Origin: Acidimicrobiales bacterium
GTDB lineage: Bacteria; Actinomycetota; Acidimicrobiia; Acidimicrobiales; Bog-793
DNA length: 64,000 nt
Direction of reading: 5' to 3'
NCBI GenBank assembly: GCA_035625025.1
Contig: DASPQJ010000030.1
Coordinates: 2,993 to 66,992, forward strand
In this document: one piece after another, positions 1-10,440 of the stretch
How positions within the stretch are numbered: the first letter of the stretch is position 1
Layout: each line of letters starts with the position of its first letter
The notes under the pieces: generated by a model
Told to the model about the DNA's origin: nothing
Seen by the model: the letters and a program-made list of their open reading frames with translations, nothing else
Databases searched by the model: none
Made by a program: the position numbers and the translations under genes

Positions 1-1282
1 CACGACGCCAGAGGGCACGAGCGCGACCGCGTCGATCCGGCCTCCGCAGCTCGGCGCGGTCTTCTTCAATTCCCAGGGGGTGATCGAGCCGAGGCCGGGA
101 AGCGAGGAGGCGCAGGCGGCGACGGAGTACGACTACGTCCCCAAGCCGAAGGTGACGCTGGTCGCGGAAGGCAAGTCATCTGGATCGCCGGTGCGCATCT
201 TCGGATCGGGTTTCTCCGTCCTCACGTTCGACTGGGTGAACCTCGGACCGGCCTCGTCGGTCGACAGCGAACAGACGAAGATCGATTACGTCACGCCGAC
301 CTCGATCATCGTCACGCCGACCTCCGAAGACCCGACGGGTTCCTCGTCGGCGCCGCTCGGAGGTGGCGTCTCCGTGCAGACCGCCGGGGGACTGAGCAAC
401 GTCGTCGTCCCCCCGCGACACGGGACGCTGAAGGTGAGACGCCTGTCGGCCCTCGGAGGTTCAACGGCGGGGGGGACAGAGCTCCGGATCAGTGGCTCCG
501 GACTTGCCGCAGTCAGGTTCGTCGCCTTCGCGGGCAAGTTGTCGCCTCCGACGCTCGCGGTCTCTTCGCGCGCGGTCGTGACGCGGGTTTCGGGGAGCGC
601 GCTGACAGTCCGAACTCCCGCGCACGCCGCCGGACCCGTCGACGTCCTTCCGTGCTCGGCGACGTCCTGCGCTCTCGCCGACAGCTCGACTGACACGTAC
701 GTCTACGTCGGCCCGGCGGTCCAATCGCTGGTGGCGGTGTCCCGTTTGTCGGGCCCCGCTTCTGGCGGGACCCGGTTGACGCTGTTCGGCCGGAACGCCG
801 ACGAGATCTCGGCGGTCCTGTTCGGTTCGGCCCGCTCCACTCCGGCGAGGCCAGCACCCGGCTATCCCAGGGATGATCCGTACGTTGCACAGGTACGCAC
901 GCCGCCGGGCACTGCGGGGGCCCGCGTCTCGGTCACGACCCTCGTCTCCGGCCGGCGCGGCGCTTCGCTCAAGGGGGCGACGTACCGCTTTGTGCCGAGC
1001 GCCCCGAGCCCCCCACGGTCCGTTGGAATGGTGCGCCATGGAGCGGTGGTGATCCTCCGCTGGTCGATTCCGGCAAGCGACGGAGGTTCTCCGATCACCT
1101 CGTACACCGTCGCGGCCTCGACGGTCGGTCTGCCGGCGCGCACGTGGCGCTTCAGCCCCGGGATCCACGCCGCGCGACTCGCGGGGCTAGTGCCCGACCG
1201 CTCTTACGTGTTCGCGGTCGCGGCGTGGAACGCGACACATGGGCGGGGATTGCCCGTGACCGTTCGCGCCTCTGCCGTCTAG
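1..1282 (+). CDS. Surface or secreted protein with IPT/TIG-like repeats and a C-terminal fibronectin type III-like domain (5' partial)
   Basis: The frame of ORF 80..1282 has no stop back to the window edge, so the gene is truncated at the 5' end. It contains repeated segments such as GSPVRIFGSGF, GGTELRISGSGL and GGTRLTLFGRN, typical of IPT/TIG Ig-like folds. The last ~90 aa (PSPPRSV..WSIPASDGGSPITSYTV..YVFAVAAWNATHGRG) look like FN3. Confidence 0.6.
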   Translation, partial: TTPEGTSATASIRPPQLGAVFFNSQGVIEPRPGSEEAQAATEYDYVPKPKVTLVAEGKSSGSPVRIFGSGFSVLTFDWVNLGPASSVDSEQTKIDYVTPTSIIVTPTSEDPTGSSSAPLGGGVSVQTAGGLSNVVVPPRHGTLKVRRLSALGGSTAGGTELRISGSGLAAVRFVAFAGKLSPPTLAVSSRAVVTRVSGSALTVRTPAHAAGPVDVLPCSATSCALADSSTDTYVYVGPAVQSLVAVSRLSGPASGGTRLTLFGRNADEISAVLFGSARSTPARPAPGYPRDDPYVAQVRTPPGTAGARVSVTTLVSGRRGASLKGATYRFVPSAPSPPRSVGMVRHGAVVILRWSIPASDGGSPITSYTVAASTVGLPARTWRFSPGIHAARLAGLVPDRSYVFAVAAWNATHGRGLPVTVRASAV

Positions 1283-1526
1283 CCGGGCTGGGGCCGAGCT
1301 TCTTTTCGCCGGTGGCGCCGGGTCGCACGTGGCCCCCGCCCATCCGGGCACGCCGAGAGGCCGACCGCGTTCCTCGCGCGGACCCGCCATGCACGCGAGT
1401 ACCGGCGTTGTGACCGCCCGATGGGGTCACCTGGAGCGGCGGTACACTGCCGTCGCTTCGTGACGAAACTGTGAAAGGCGTGGGCGGCACCACTTGGGCC
1501 GGTTGGACAAGGAGGGTGAGTCTTCG

Positions 1527-2282
1527 ATGCCAGACGAGATCTGCTCCCGGGTCGTAACGGAGGTCGGTCACAACGGAGATCCGATCGAGGCGTACTTCAC
1601 GAGTCCGGTCGGCGGCGAATCGACTCCCGGTGTCGTCGTCGTCCACCACATGCCGGGCTGGGACGAGTGGACGCGCACGGTCACGTTTAAGCTCGCCGTC
1701 CACGGCTTCGCGGCCGTCGCACCCCATCTCTACTCGCGTTTCGGCCCGGGTCGCTGGGACGAGCTCGCGGCCGCCGCTCAGGCACAAGGCGGGGTGCCCG
1801 ACGCCCAGGTCGTGGGCGACATCGAAGGGGCCGCTGCCTTTCTGCGTTCCCAGCCCGGGGCGAGCGGCAAGGTCGGTGTGATCGGGTTCTGCTCGGGTGG
1901 TCGTCACGCCTATCTCGCGGCCTGCACGAGCACGGCGCTCGACGCCGCCGTCGACTGTTGGGGAGGACGCGTCGTGATGCCCCCCGAGGCGCTCAATCCG
2001 TTGCAGCCGGTGTCGCCGATCGAGCTGACCCGGGAGATGCACTGCCCGATTCTCGGCATCTTCGGAAATGAGGACCAGTTCCCGAGCCCGGCTGAGGTCG
2101 ACCAGATCGAGGCCGAGCTAAAGCGCCACGGCAAGGAGTACGAGTTCCACCGCTACGACGGGGCGGGGCACGGTTTCTTTGCAACCGACCGTGCGTCGTA
2201 CCGACCTGAGCAGGCGCTCGACGGGTGGGGGAAGGTCTTCGAGTTCTACGGAAGACGCCTCGGCGCGCCCGCGGGGCCCTGA
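1527..2282 (+). CDS. Dienelactone hydrolase family protein
   Basis: Motifs VVVVHHMPGWDEW and GVIGFCSGGRHAY (nucleophile elbow with Cys) and the C-terminal YDGAGHGF are DLH-like. The ATG at 1527 is preceded by AAGGAGG. The track ORF starts earlier, at 1494. Confidence 0.8.
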   Translation: MPDEICSRVVTEVGHNGDPIEAYFTSPVGGESTPGVVVVHHMPGWDEWTRTVTFKLAVHGFAAVAPHLYSRFGPGRWDELAAAAQAQGGVPDAQVVGDIEGAAAFLRSQPGASGKVGVIGFCSGGRHAYLAACTSTALDAAVDCWGGRVVMPPEALNPLQPVSPIELTREMHCPILGIFGNEDQFPSPAEVDQIEAELKRHGKEYEFHRYDGAGHGFFATDRASYRPEQALDGWGKVFEFYGRRLGAPAGP

Positions 2283-2627
2283 CTGGACGCGACCCGAGAC
2301 GATCGGGGCGAAACCCAGCGTCGGGACTCGCTGGCATTCCGCCGACGAAGACGGCAAGAAGCACCGGTCGATTCGGTCCTACATGTCGGTTCTTTTATCT
2401 GCTCAATCCCTGTTGCCGGGGGTCGCAGTTCACATCCTCGTGAACGGCTGCGCGCGCCACCCGGTGACCCGCAGCCTCGGGCTGAGCGCGGCGGCGACCG
2501 CCGAGTCCACGGGGCGATCGACCAGACGGGAACGATCCCGCCGACGGACGAGAACCTTCGGCGACTGCGACGGCCGCGTCGGACCGCGCTCACCCCGCCA
2601 CGTCCGGGCCGCCGTTGCCGGACGCGA

Positions 2628-3065
2628 TCAGTGACGGACGACGACGACCGGGCAACTGGCGTGGCACACGACGTGCTCGCTCACCGACCCGACCAAAAGG
2701 CCGGCGACCGCGCCGTGACCCCGGCAGCCGACGACGAGGAGGCTGGCCTCGTGCGACATCTCGATGAGTGTCGCCGAGGCGTGGCCTTCGACCACGACGA
2801 GTTCCAGCGGGATGTTCGGATCTTCACCGAGTGCTTCGGCGATGGTGTCCTTCTGCACGGCCCGGGCGTCCGCCTCGGGGTCGAAGTCCTCCGGGTATGG
2901 CGGCGTCCAACCCACGGTGGCGGGGAAGGCCCAGGTCGTCACCACCCGGAGTGTCGCGCCGGTCAGTTCGGCCTGGTGGGCCGCCCAGCGCAGGGCGTTG
3001 ACCGACGAGGGGGTTCCGTCGACACCGACGATGACCAGGTTCGTCGTCCCGACATCCGGTGCCAT
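2628..3065 (-). CDS. Universal stress protein (UspA family)
   Basis: 145 aa. IVVGVDGTPSS..ALRWAA at the N-terminus and VVGCRGHGAVAGLLVGSVSEHVVCHASCPVVVV at the C-terminus form the canonical Usp ATP-binding fold signature. Confidence 0.85.
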   Translation of the reverse strand: MAPDVGTTNLVIVGVDGTPSSVNALRWAAHQAELTGATLRVVTTWAFPATVGWTPPYPEDFDPEADARAVQKDTIAEALGEDPNIPLELVVVEGHASATLIEMSHEASLLVVGCRGHGAVAGLLVGSVSEHVVCHASCPVVVVRH

Positions 3066-3098
3066 GCCATTACGTATACACCAGCGTGCGTCGCGGCC

Positions 3099-4148
3099 CT
3101 AGGGGCCAACGGCCCGACCGGGTGAGGACAGCGGGTGCGCCCGAAAGAAGCTGAGCATCACCGAGTCGGCGTTGACGGCCTCCGATTGGGCGCCGAGCAC
3201 CTTCGTGATCGCGCGCGGAAGGATCGGACCGCCCGGCCACTCGTGACCCTCGCCGACGAGCGCGTACAGCTCGATCTTGGCGCCGTTCCGACAGTTCCCG
3301 TACGCCGTGAACACGACCTTTGCGGTCTTCGTCGTCTTCGGAGTGCTCGTGCACCCGTCATGGACGGCCCAGAGCCTCGCCGCGGTCGGCACGCTGTAGG
3401 TCCAGTAGGAAAAGCCATGTCCTTCGAAGGGGTCGACGGGATCGGCTGTCCCGTGGAAGGCGATCACCGGGACGGCGCGCGTCCCGGGACAGGGCGACGG
3501 AAACCGCAGGCCGCTCACCGCGGCCACGGCGGCGAAGACGGTCGGCGCGTCACAGGCGAGCTGACTGGCCATCCGGGCGCCGCCTGAAAAGCCGGATAGG
3601 TAGACCATGGAGGAGTCGATGCAGTAGCGGCTCTCGAGCGTGATGACGAGCTGTTCCAGGAACGAGACGTCGTTAGGGGCGTTCTTCGGCGGCAGGGCGC
3701 CGGACACCAGCGGCTCGTTCGGCACGTTCCAGTCGTAGCCGGGTCCCGAAGGGATGTCGGCCTGGGGGTACGCGACGATGAACCCGTCGGTGTCCGCGGT
3801 CGCGTCCATCCCGCTCAGCGCTTCCTGTTGTGCGGCGTCGGACTCGCTGCCATGGAGGTTGAGCACGAGCGGTACCGGCTGACGTCCTGTGTAGCGCCGC
3901 GGGACGTGAACCAGGACGATGCGTTCGTGCGAGTCGATCCTGAGCGAAAGGGAGATCGTTCCGGCCTCGGCCACTTGCGCGCAGCCGCCCCGCAGCAGGG
4001 CGGGGGCATCACCCGATTCAGGGTCGTGGGCCATGGCCGCGGGCACGTGAGCAGGCGCCACGGCGGGGGTGCCGCCGGCGCTGGCGACGAGCGCCGCGCC
4101 GACGAGTGCCGCGGCGCAGGTCGCGCGCCGCCACAAGGCGCTCGTCAT
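3099..4148 (-). CDS. Secreted PHB depolymerase / LpqC-like esterase family protein
   Basis: The internal ATG at 4148 gives a signal-like N-terminus, MTSALWRRATCAAALVGAALVASAGG. PLVLNLHGSESDAAQQ..GFIVAYPQ and the GFSGGARMA serine elbow are typical of this esterase family. The 50 aa upstream of this start in the track ORF are Arg/Pro-rich and probably not translated. Confidence 0.75.
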   Translation of the reverse strand: MTSALWRRATCAAALVGAALVASAGGTPAVAPAHVPAAMAHDPESGDAPALLRGGCAQVAEAGTISLSLRIDSHERIVLVHVPRRYTGRQPVPLVLNLHGSESDAAQQEALSGMDATADTDGFIVAYPQADIPSGPGYDWNVPNEPLVSGALPPKNAPNDVSFLEQLVITLESRYCIDSSMVYLSGFSGGARMASQLACDAPTVFAAVAAVSGLRFPSPCPGTRAVPVIAFHGTADPVDPFEGHGFSYWTYSVPTAARLWAVHDGCTSTPKTTKTAKVVFTAYGNCRNGAKIELYALVGEGHEWPGGPILPRAITKVLGAQSEAVNADSVMLSFFRAHPLSSPGRAVGP

Positions 4149-4453
4149 CGCCTGCCTCGGACTTCGGGCACTGCCGCGGACCTCCTGGGCGTCGCGCGAC
4201 GGTCGGGCAGTCGACCCCGGGGACCCGTCAGGTCCAGCGTATGCGTTGAGCTTGCAGGGGGTGTCACGGGGACGGTGACGCGCCGCAGATCCTTTCAAGA
4301 GGCGTCCCGGCCGGAGGCGCTCCTGCGAAGCGTGTGACTGATGAATGGCGACCGCTGGGTTTGCCGTGGCGGCGCGGCTTCGAAAGTCCGGTCGCGTTTC
4401 AGGCTCGGCTCCTAAGGTCTGTACGGATGCGAGGTCGAACGGAGCGCGTATTC

Positions 4454-5341
4454 ATGGAGCCCGTGATCACAACCGAGCAGTTGAGCAAGCATTTCGGGCG
4501 CACGACCGCGCTCGACCGACTGACGCTCGAGGTGGGCCGAGGTGAGGTCTTTGGCTTCCTCGGCCCGAACGGGGCCGGCAAGACGACGACGGTGCGACTC
4601 CTCATGGGTTTGTTGAAGCCGACTTCGGGCGCTGCTCGGGTCCTCGGTCTCGACGCGTGGGAGGATCCGACGAGGCTCCACGCCCGTGTCGCCTACGTGC
4701 CGGGTGAATTCGCGATCTGGCCGCAGCTCACGGGGGGCGAGATGCTCGAACTGCTCGGTTCGCTCCACGGATCCGCCGATATCGGGTATCGAGACGAGCT
4801 GTGCGAGCGATTCGACTTCGACCCGACGAAACGGGGGCGCTCGTACTCGAAGGGCAACCGTCAGAAGATCGCCGTCATCGCGGCGCTCATGACGCGGGCC
4901 GAGCTGTTCGTGTGCGACGAACCGACCGCCGGCCTCGACCCGCTGATGGAAGCGACGTTCCGCGACTGCATCGGCGAGGCGCGCGAGCGTGACCAGACGG
5001 TCTTTCTCTCGTCGCACGTCCTCGCCGAGGTGGAGGCGTTGTGTGATCGCATCGGCATTCTCCGGGGCGGGCGTCTCGTCGACGTCGGAACGCTCGCCGA
5101 GCTGCGCCACCTCGAGGCCCACACGGTCGAAATCCGATTCCAAGGCGAGGTGCCCGATCTGTCGGCTGTCGAAGGTGCTTCGAACATCTCCTGGTCGGGC
5201 GAATCGGTCCGGCTCGAGGTGCGGGGGAGCACGGCGCCGCTTCTGAAGGCGATCGCGCCCTACGACGTCGTCTCCCTCGAAAGCCGGGAGCCGACCCTCG
5301 AAGAGGTCTTCCTCTCACACTACGGACCCGACGGGACGTGA
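4454..5341 (+). CDS. ABC transporter ATP-binding protein (ABC-2 / drug-exporter type)
   Basis: Walker A GPNGAGKTT, signature YSKGNRQK and Walker B ELFVCDEPTAGLD are present. The ATG at 4454 (MEPVITTEQLSKHFG) gives a normal N-terminus. Confidence 0.9.
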   Translation: MEPVITTEQLSKHFGRTTALDRLTLEVGRGEVFGFLGPNGAGKTTTVRLLMGLLKPTSGAARVLGLDAWEDPTRLHARVAYVPGEFAIWPQLTGGEMLELLGSLHGSADIGYRDELCERFDFDPTKRGRSYSKGNRQKIAVIAALMTRAELFVCDEPTAGLDPLMEATFRDCIGEARERDQTVFLSSHVLAEVEALCDRIGILRGGRLVDVGTLAELRHLEAHTVEIRFQGEVPDLSAVEGASNISWSGESVRLEVRGSTAPLLKAIAPYDVVSLESREPTLEEVFLSHYGPDGT

Positions 5342-6942
5342 GCACGCCGCGGCACACGTGGGTGCGGGCCCTTCGGCACTCGTTGCGCCTCCAGTGGCGG
5401 CAGGCCGCGACGTGGACCGCAGTGTTCGCGGTCACGGGTGTGGGAACCGCCGAGGCATTCAAATCGGCGTATCCGTCCGCGGCCTCGCGCCTGGCTCTCT
5501 TCCGCAGCGTCCGGGACAACTACGGCCTTCAGGGGCTCTACGGCGTGGCCCGTCGCATCGACACAGTCGGTGGTTTCACGACCTGGCGCATCACCTGGAT
5601 GCTCGGTCTGCTCGCCGGTGCGTGGGGCCTGTTGTCGAGCACGCGGATCCTACGAGGTGAGGAACAGGACGGACGGCGTGAACTCGTCCTGTCCGGCGTG
5701 ATCACGGCGCGCGGCGCCCTCCTCGCTGATGCAGCCGCGCTCGCGGCGTTGCTTATCGGCAGCTTCGTCCTGTATGGGACAGCGCTCGTCGCCGTCGGGC
5801 TGCCGGTGACGGGCGCGTTCGTCGTCGCTGGTGGAACCCTCGCCGTGGGTGCGCTCTTCGCCGGCGTCGGCGCCGTGACGTCGCAGCTCTTCGCCGACCG
5901 GCGCCATGCACTGGCATCGGCGGGCGCGTTGCTCGGCGTCTCATTTCTCGTTCGCGTCGCCGCCGACGGAACCCGCACTCTCGGATGGGTGCGGTGGATA
6001 ACACCGCTCGGCTGGCTCGAGAACACCAGGCCGTTCGCGGGGACGAACCCGGCCGCCGGGCTCCCGCTCCTCGGCGGAGCGGTCGTGTTCCTGGCTGTGG
6101 CCTCGGGGCTCGTCGTCGTTCGGGACCTCGGAAGCGGGCTCCTCGTCGAACGCGACAGGATTCGTGTCCGCGCGCGCCTGCTCGGGGGAACGGTCGGATT
6201 CACCGTGCTGACGGCGCGCGGGGCGGTCGTTGCCTGGTCGGCCGGAATCGGCTTGTACACGTTCGTCCTCGGACTTCTCACCAAGGACGTGACGAACGTC
6301 ATCCGTCAGCAGGCGTCCGTGCACTCGCTGCTGGGGCGCCTCGGGATCGCGAGCTTCACCCGGCCTGAGGATCTGCTCGGGCTGATGTTCGTCTTTGCCG
6401 CGCTACCGATCGCGCTCTTTGCGGTAAGCCAGGTGAGCTCGGCCCGTGAAGAGGAGGCGAGCGGACGAGTAGACGCGATCCTCGTTCGCACCGTCGGGAG
6501 GAGTCGTTGGATGCTTACCCGCCTTGTCGCTTCGGTCGTTGGTGTGGCGCTCGTCGCGGTCGTATCCGGCGTGCTGGCCTGGGCCGGCGCCGCGATGCAC
6601 GACACCGGCGTCCCGCTCCCATCGATGCTCACGGCTGCGATCAACTGCGTTCCAGCGGCGGTGCTCTTCCTCGGCGTCGGTGCCGCCGCCTTCGGGATCG
6701 TCCCGCGCTACGCCCCGGGGGTGGGCGTCGGGGTCGTCGTCGTTTCCTACCTCCTTGAACTCGTCGGAGCGCTCACGAAGGCTCCCGGCTGGGTGCTCGA
6801 CCTGTCGGCGTTCCACCACGTCGCCCCGTCACCAGCGGCTCCCGTCGGCGTCACCGCGGCGGTGGTCATGACGACGATCGGTCTCGCAGGTGTTGCAATC
6901 GGCACGGTGGCATTCCGCCGACGCGATGTCGCGGCGGCCTGA
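5338..6942 (+). CDS. ABC-2-type transporter permease
   Basis: 534 aa, highly hydrophobic, with many predicted TM stretches. The GTG start overlaps the ATPase stop (GTGA at 5338-5341), indicating translational coupling. Confidence 0.7.
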   Translation: MSTPRHTWVRALRHSLRLQWRQAATWTAVFAVTGVGTAEAFKSAYPSAASRLALFRSVRDNYGLQGLYGVARRIDTVGGFTTWRITWMLGLLAGAWGLLSSTRILRGEEQDGRRELVLSGVITARGALLADAAALAALLIGSFVLYGTALVAVGLPVTGAFVVAGGTLAVGALFAGVGAVTSQLFADRRHALASAGALLGVSFLVRVAADGTRTLGWVRWITPLGWLENTRPFAGTNPAAGLPLLGGAVVFLAVASGLVVVRDLGSGLLVERDRIRVRARLLGGTVGFTVLTARGAVVAWSAGIGLYTFVLGLLTKDVTNVIRQQASVHSLLGRLGIASFTRPEDLLGLMFVFAALPIALFAVSQVSSAREEEASGRVDAILVRTVGRSRWMLTRLVASVVGVALVAVVSGVLAWAGAAMHDTGVPLPSMLTAAINCVPAAVLFLGVGAAAFGIVPRYAPGVGVGVVVVSYLLELVGALTKAPGWVLDLSAFHHVAPSPAAPVGVTAAVVMTTIGLAGVAIGTVAFRRRDVAAA

Positions 6943-7209
6943 AAGGCGCTGCTCCCGCGTCGCCGTCGAGTTCGGTATTCCCTGAGTCGGAGGCCGTGAT
7001 GAGGTCTTGTCGCAGGGCGCGGATCGAGCTCGAAAGGTCCCAGGCGCATCGACAGAACCCGCGGACACCACGGTTTGCAGCGCACGCGGGGGCACTACGA
7101 TGACCGCGTCTGGTGGCGCCGGGCGGTTGGTCGGGCGGCCCAACGAGATCGACGCCCACCGGGCACCGATGGCACCCGAGGGCTGAAGAGCCTTCGGACG
7201 AGGAGGAAC

Positions 7210-7692
7210 ATGTCAAGCGTTGATGCGAGCATCGACATCGGGATCCCTGCCGACAAGCGCGAGGAGATCGTGCGGGGGCTGTCGGCGGTTCTCGGCGACA
7301 CCTACACCCTGTACCTGAAGACGCACAACTACCACTGGAACGTGACCGGTCCGATGTTCGAGACCCTCCATCTCATGTTCGAGACCGAGTACAACGAGCT
7401 CGCGCTGGCCGTCGACGAGATCGCCGAGCGCATCCGGGCCCTCGGCGCGGCCGCTCCCGCCACCTTCCGCGAGTTCGCGCAGCTCTCCTCGATCTCCGAG
7501 GACACCGACTCGCCGGACGCGACCGAGATGATTCGGCGTCTCGTTGCTGGGCAGGAAGCGGTGGTGCGCACGGCCCGCACCGCATTCGCCGTCGCCGAGA
7601 AGGCAAACGACCAGCCGACGGCCGATCTGCTGACGCGGCGCATGCAGATCCACGAGAAGACGGCCTGGATGCTGAGGAGCCTGCTCGCGTAG
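7210..7692 (+). CDS. dps: Dps family DNA starvation/stationary-phase protection protein
   Basis: LSAVLGDTYTLYLKTHNYHWNVTGPMFETLHLMFE..YNELALAVDEIAERIRALG is a textbook Dps ferroxidase-site region. The ATG at 7210 is preceded by AGGAGGAAC. Confidence 0.9.
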   Translation: MSSVDASIDIGIPADKREEIVRGLSAVLGDTYTLYLKTHNYHWNVTGPMFETLHLMFETEYNELALAVDEIAERIRALGAAAPATFREFAQLSSISEDTDSPDATEMIRRLVAGQEAVVRTARTAFAVAEKANDQPTADLLTRRMQIHEKTAWMLRSLLA

Positions 7693-7806
7693 GCGACCCG
7701 CGAGTGGTGCCGGGCCGCACCCGCGGTGACGAGGCCTGTCGCCGAGCCGCTCGCCTCCACCGCGCCGACGTTGCCGTTCACGCCGCGACTGGCGCGGACT
7801 TCTCGG

Positions 7807-8604
7807 CTAGCGCTTGGGGGCGATCGAAAGCGGGGGCACCGTCGTCGCCGGCAGCGTCACCGGACCGCTGCCGCCCCCGCGGGGGATGGTCGTCGTGGTC
7901 GTCGTCGGGACCCTGCCCTTTACCAGGTGGAGCAGGACCTCGAGCGTGCCCTGGTTGGCCGTCGTGACGAACCCGCCGACGCTCGGGTTCTGGATGTGCC
8001 AGTCGGCGAAGATGACGGTCGCGTCGGCGAGCACGTAGATCGAGCTGCCCGATCGCTTGGCGCTGATCTTCACCCGCAACGCGTGCGTGACGCCGTGCAT
8101 CGTCAGCTTGCCCTCGGCCCGGGTCGCGACGACCGTATCCGGCGCGGGCGGCCGCCCGAACGAGATCGGCGATGTGAGCGTGAACGTGGCGGTCGGCCAG
8201 CGGGCGATGTCCATGATCCGGCCGTCGAAAGCGGCGTTGCGCTCGCTCTGGTCGCTGACAACCGTGGCGAGCGGAACGCTGAAGCGTGCCGACCGGAGGA
8301 CGTTCCCGTCGAGGACGAGCGCACCGGAGACGTCGGACGTGCGGCCGACCGCAGTCGCGCTCTGGCCGAGCAGCACCTCCTGCACGCGATAGCCGGCCTT
8401 CGACCCCGAGGTGACGTTCCAGGTTCCGCTGAGCGGGACCCGGGGCGCGGAAGACGGGGTCGTTCCTTCTGATTTCGGTAGAGCGAGTTTTGGTTTCGGA
8501 GGACCCTCGATGAAGTGGATGAAGACGTAAGGGCCGCCGACCACGAGCGCGACGACGAGGATCAAGCTGGCCGCCAACCAGCGGATCCAACGGTGCCGCG
8601 CCAT
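7807..8604 (-). CDS. YceI family (polyisoprenoid-binding-like) protein with N-terminal membrane anchor
   Basis: GTWNVTSGSKAGYRV..VSGALVLDG..ARFSVPLATVVSDQSERNAAFDGRIMDIARWPTATFTLTS matches the YceI domain. There is an N-terminal TM segment, WLAASLILVVALVVGG. The start is taken at the second Met (8604); 8640 is an alternative. Confidence 0.8.
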   Translation of the reverse strand: MARHRWIRWLAASLILVVALVVGGPYVFIHFIEGPPKPKLALPKSEGTTPSSAPRVPLSGTWNVTSGSKAGYRVQEVLLGQSATAVGRTSDVSGALVLDGNVLRSARFSVPLATVVSDQSERNAAFDGRIMDIARWPTATFTLTSPISFGRPPAPDTVVATRAEGKLTMHGVTHALRVKISAKRSGSSIYVLADATVIFADWHIQNPSVGGFVTTANQGTLEVLLHLVKGRVPTTTTTTIPRGGGSGPVTLPATTVPPLSIAPKR

Positions 8605-8843
8605 CAGTCGGCCCGCTCGCGGCGGCGCGGGCCACGCCACTCCGCTCGATGTATCACGGGTGCGACGCTACAGAAGACGACGTGGGTGGAAGCACACCAT
8701 GAAATACGGTGCGCAGGCCGGTTTGGATCGGATGACGCCCGATGGCGCGATCGCCCGCGACCCTTGTGGCGCGGTCTCGTGAGCAGCGCATTCGGGAGCC
8801 GCCGGGGAAGCCGGGAGACCGTAGGATCACGTCCGGTGGACAG

Positions 8844-9830
8844 ATGATCCCCGATCGCTACGCGCTGCGCGGCACGGCTGTCACGATCCCATTGCTCGGC
8901 GTGGGGACCTGGGCGTGGGGGGATCGTTCCACTTGGGGAATGGGCGGTTACGACCCCGCACTCACGCGTGAGTCGATTCAAGAGGCATGGGACGCTTCGA
9001 TCGACGCCGGAGCCACGTTATTCGACACCGCTGAGGCCTACGGCCGAGGCGAGAGCGAGCGTCTCATCGGCACGATGCTGTCACGGGACCCCCAACGGGC
9101 CGCGTCCGTCGTCATCGCGACCAAGTTCCTGCCATACCCGTGGAAGCTGCAAGTTCGCAGCGCCCTGTGGAGGTCCCTTCGAGCTTCTCTCGACCGTCTT
9201 GGCCTGGCGGCGATTGACCTCTATCAGATCCATGGTCCGATCAGCCTTCGCTCGCACGCCGCGCTGGCCGACGCCCTGGCAGCCGCCCACGAGAGGGGCC
9301 TGGTGAAGGCAGTAGGCGTGTCGAACTACTCCGCGAGGGAAACTCGCTCTATGGCCTTGGAACTGAGCAATCGCGACCTGCGACTCGCCACCAACCAGAT
9401 CGAGTTCTCGTTGCTGCGACGTTCCCCTGAGACGAGTGGCCTGCTCGCGGCGTGCAAGGAATTAGGTGTCGTGCCGATCGCGTACTCGCCACTCGGTCAA
9501 GGACGACTCACCGGCAAGTACTCGGTTTCCCATCCTCCCCCCCGAGGAAGGAGCTTCGGCAATTACCCGATGGCAGTGGTCGACGGCGTCGTCGCCGAAC
9601 TTCGACGTGTCGGAGAGAAGCACGGGGGGAAGTCGCCGGCCCAGGTCGCTCTGAACTGGGTGATCGCGAAGGGCGCGGTTCCGATTCCCGGGGCTAAGAA
9701 TCGACTTCAGGCCCGGGAAAACGCCGGAACACTCGGTTGGAGCATCGACGACGAGGATCTCGCTCGGCTTGACGGAGTCGCCATGGTGGGCGTGCGCCGC
9801 ATCCAGGCACGGATCTGGCAACACGGCTGA
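8844..9830 (+). CDS. Aldo/keto reductase
   Basis: LGVGTWAWG, FDTAEAYGRGESERLIG, IDLYQIHGP, VGVSNY and PIPGAKN are canonical AKR motifs. The ATG at 8844 gives the usual N-terminus (MIPDRYALRG). Confidence 0.9.
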   Translation: MIPDRYALRGTAVTIPLLGVGTWAWGDRSTWGMGGYDPALTRESIQEAWDASIDAGATLFDTAEAYGRGESERLIGTMLSRDPQRAASVVIATKFLPYPWKLQVRSALWRSLRASLDRLGLAAIDLYQIHGPISLRSHAALADALAAAHERGLVKAVGVSNYSARETRSMALELSNRDLRLATNQIEFSLLRRSPETSGLLAACKELGVVPIAYSPLGQGRLTGKYSVSHPPPRGRSFGNYPMAVVDGVVAELRRVGEKHGGKSPAQVALNWVIAKGAVPIPGAKNRLQARENAGTLGWSIDDEDLARLDGVAMVGVRRIQARIWQHG

Positions 9831-10440
9831 CGCCGAGAGCACCGATGGGACGGATCCGGGGAGAAAGCGCCCGCCCGAACCGTCCCACGTGATCACAGGG
9901 GTAGGAGATAGAGGCCGCCGAAACGCGACAAGCCTGGATCGCATCTTGGCTCCCTTTCCCTGGGGTTGCCCCCGCCAACCCGGGGCCGGTGAACACCCCA
10001 GCTCGGACAACCAGCCTCCGGTGGTTGCTGTCCGTTACAGGTCCTGGTAGGGGCGCGAGTACCGAACGTGGCGGCGCGTCAGCGAACGGCCGGCGGACTT
10101 CGGGGCGGAGGCGGAGTGGACAGGCGGAATCGAGTTCTGCCTTTCACATCGTCCTCTCACCAGGGTCACGTGTGATTGCATTGCCGGGGCTCTCGGCCCC
10201 GGACCCCCAAGAGCCCGCCTTGCTGCGACAATCGCGTGCCGTCCTCGATTGGCATGCCAGGTTCGCGACTCTCATTGTCTGAAGCGCAGCCGTCGATTCG
10301 CCGTCTTCCCCACTAGCATTTCACTTCGTGATCGCGCGCCAAATGATCACGAATCTCGTCAGACACATCTGATCGCGAGCCCGCATCTGGTTTTCGATAT
10401 AGGTGCCCGACGAGGGACACTTCATTTCCCTTGATCGGGA

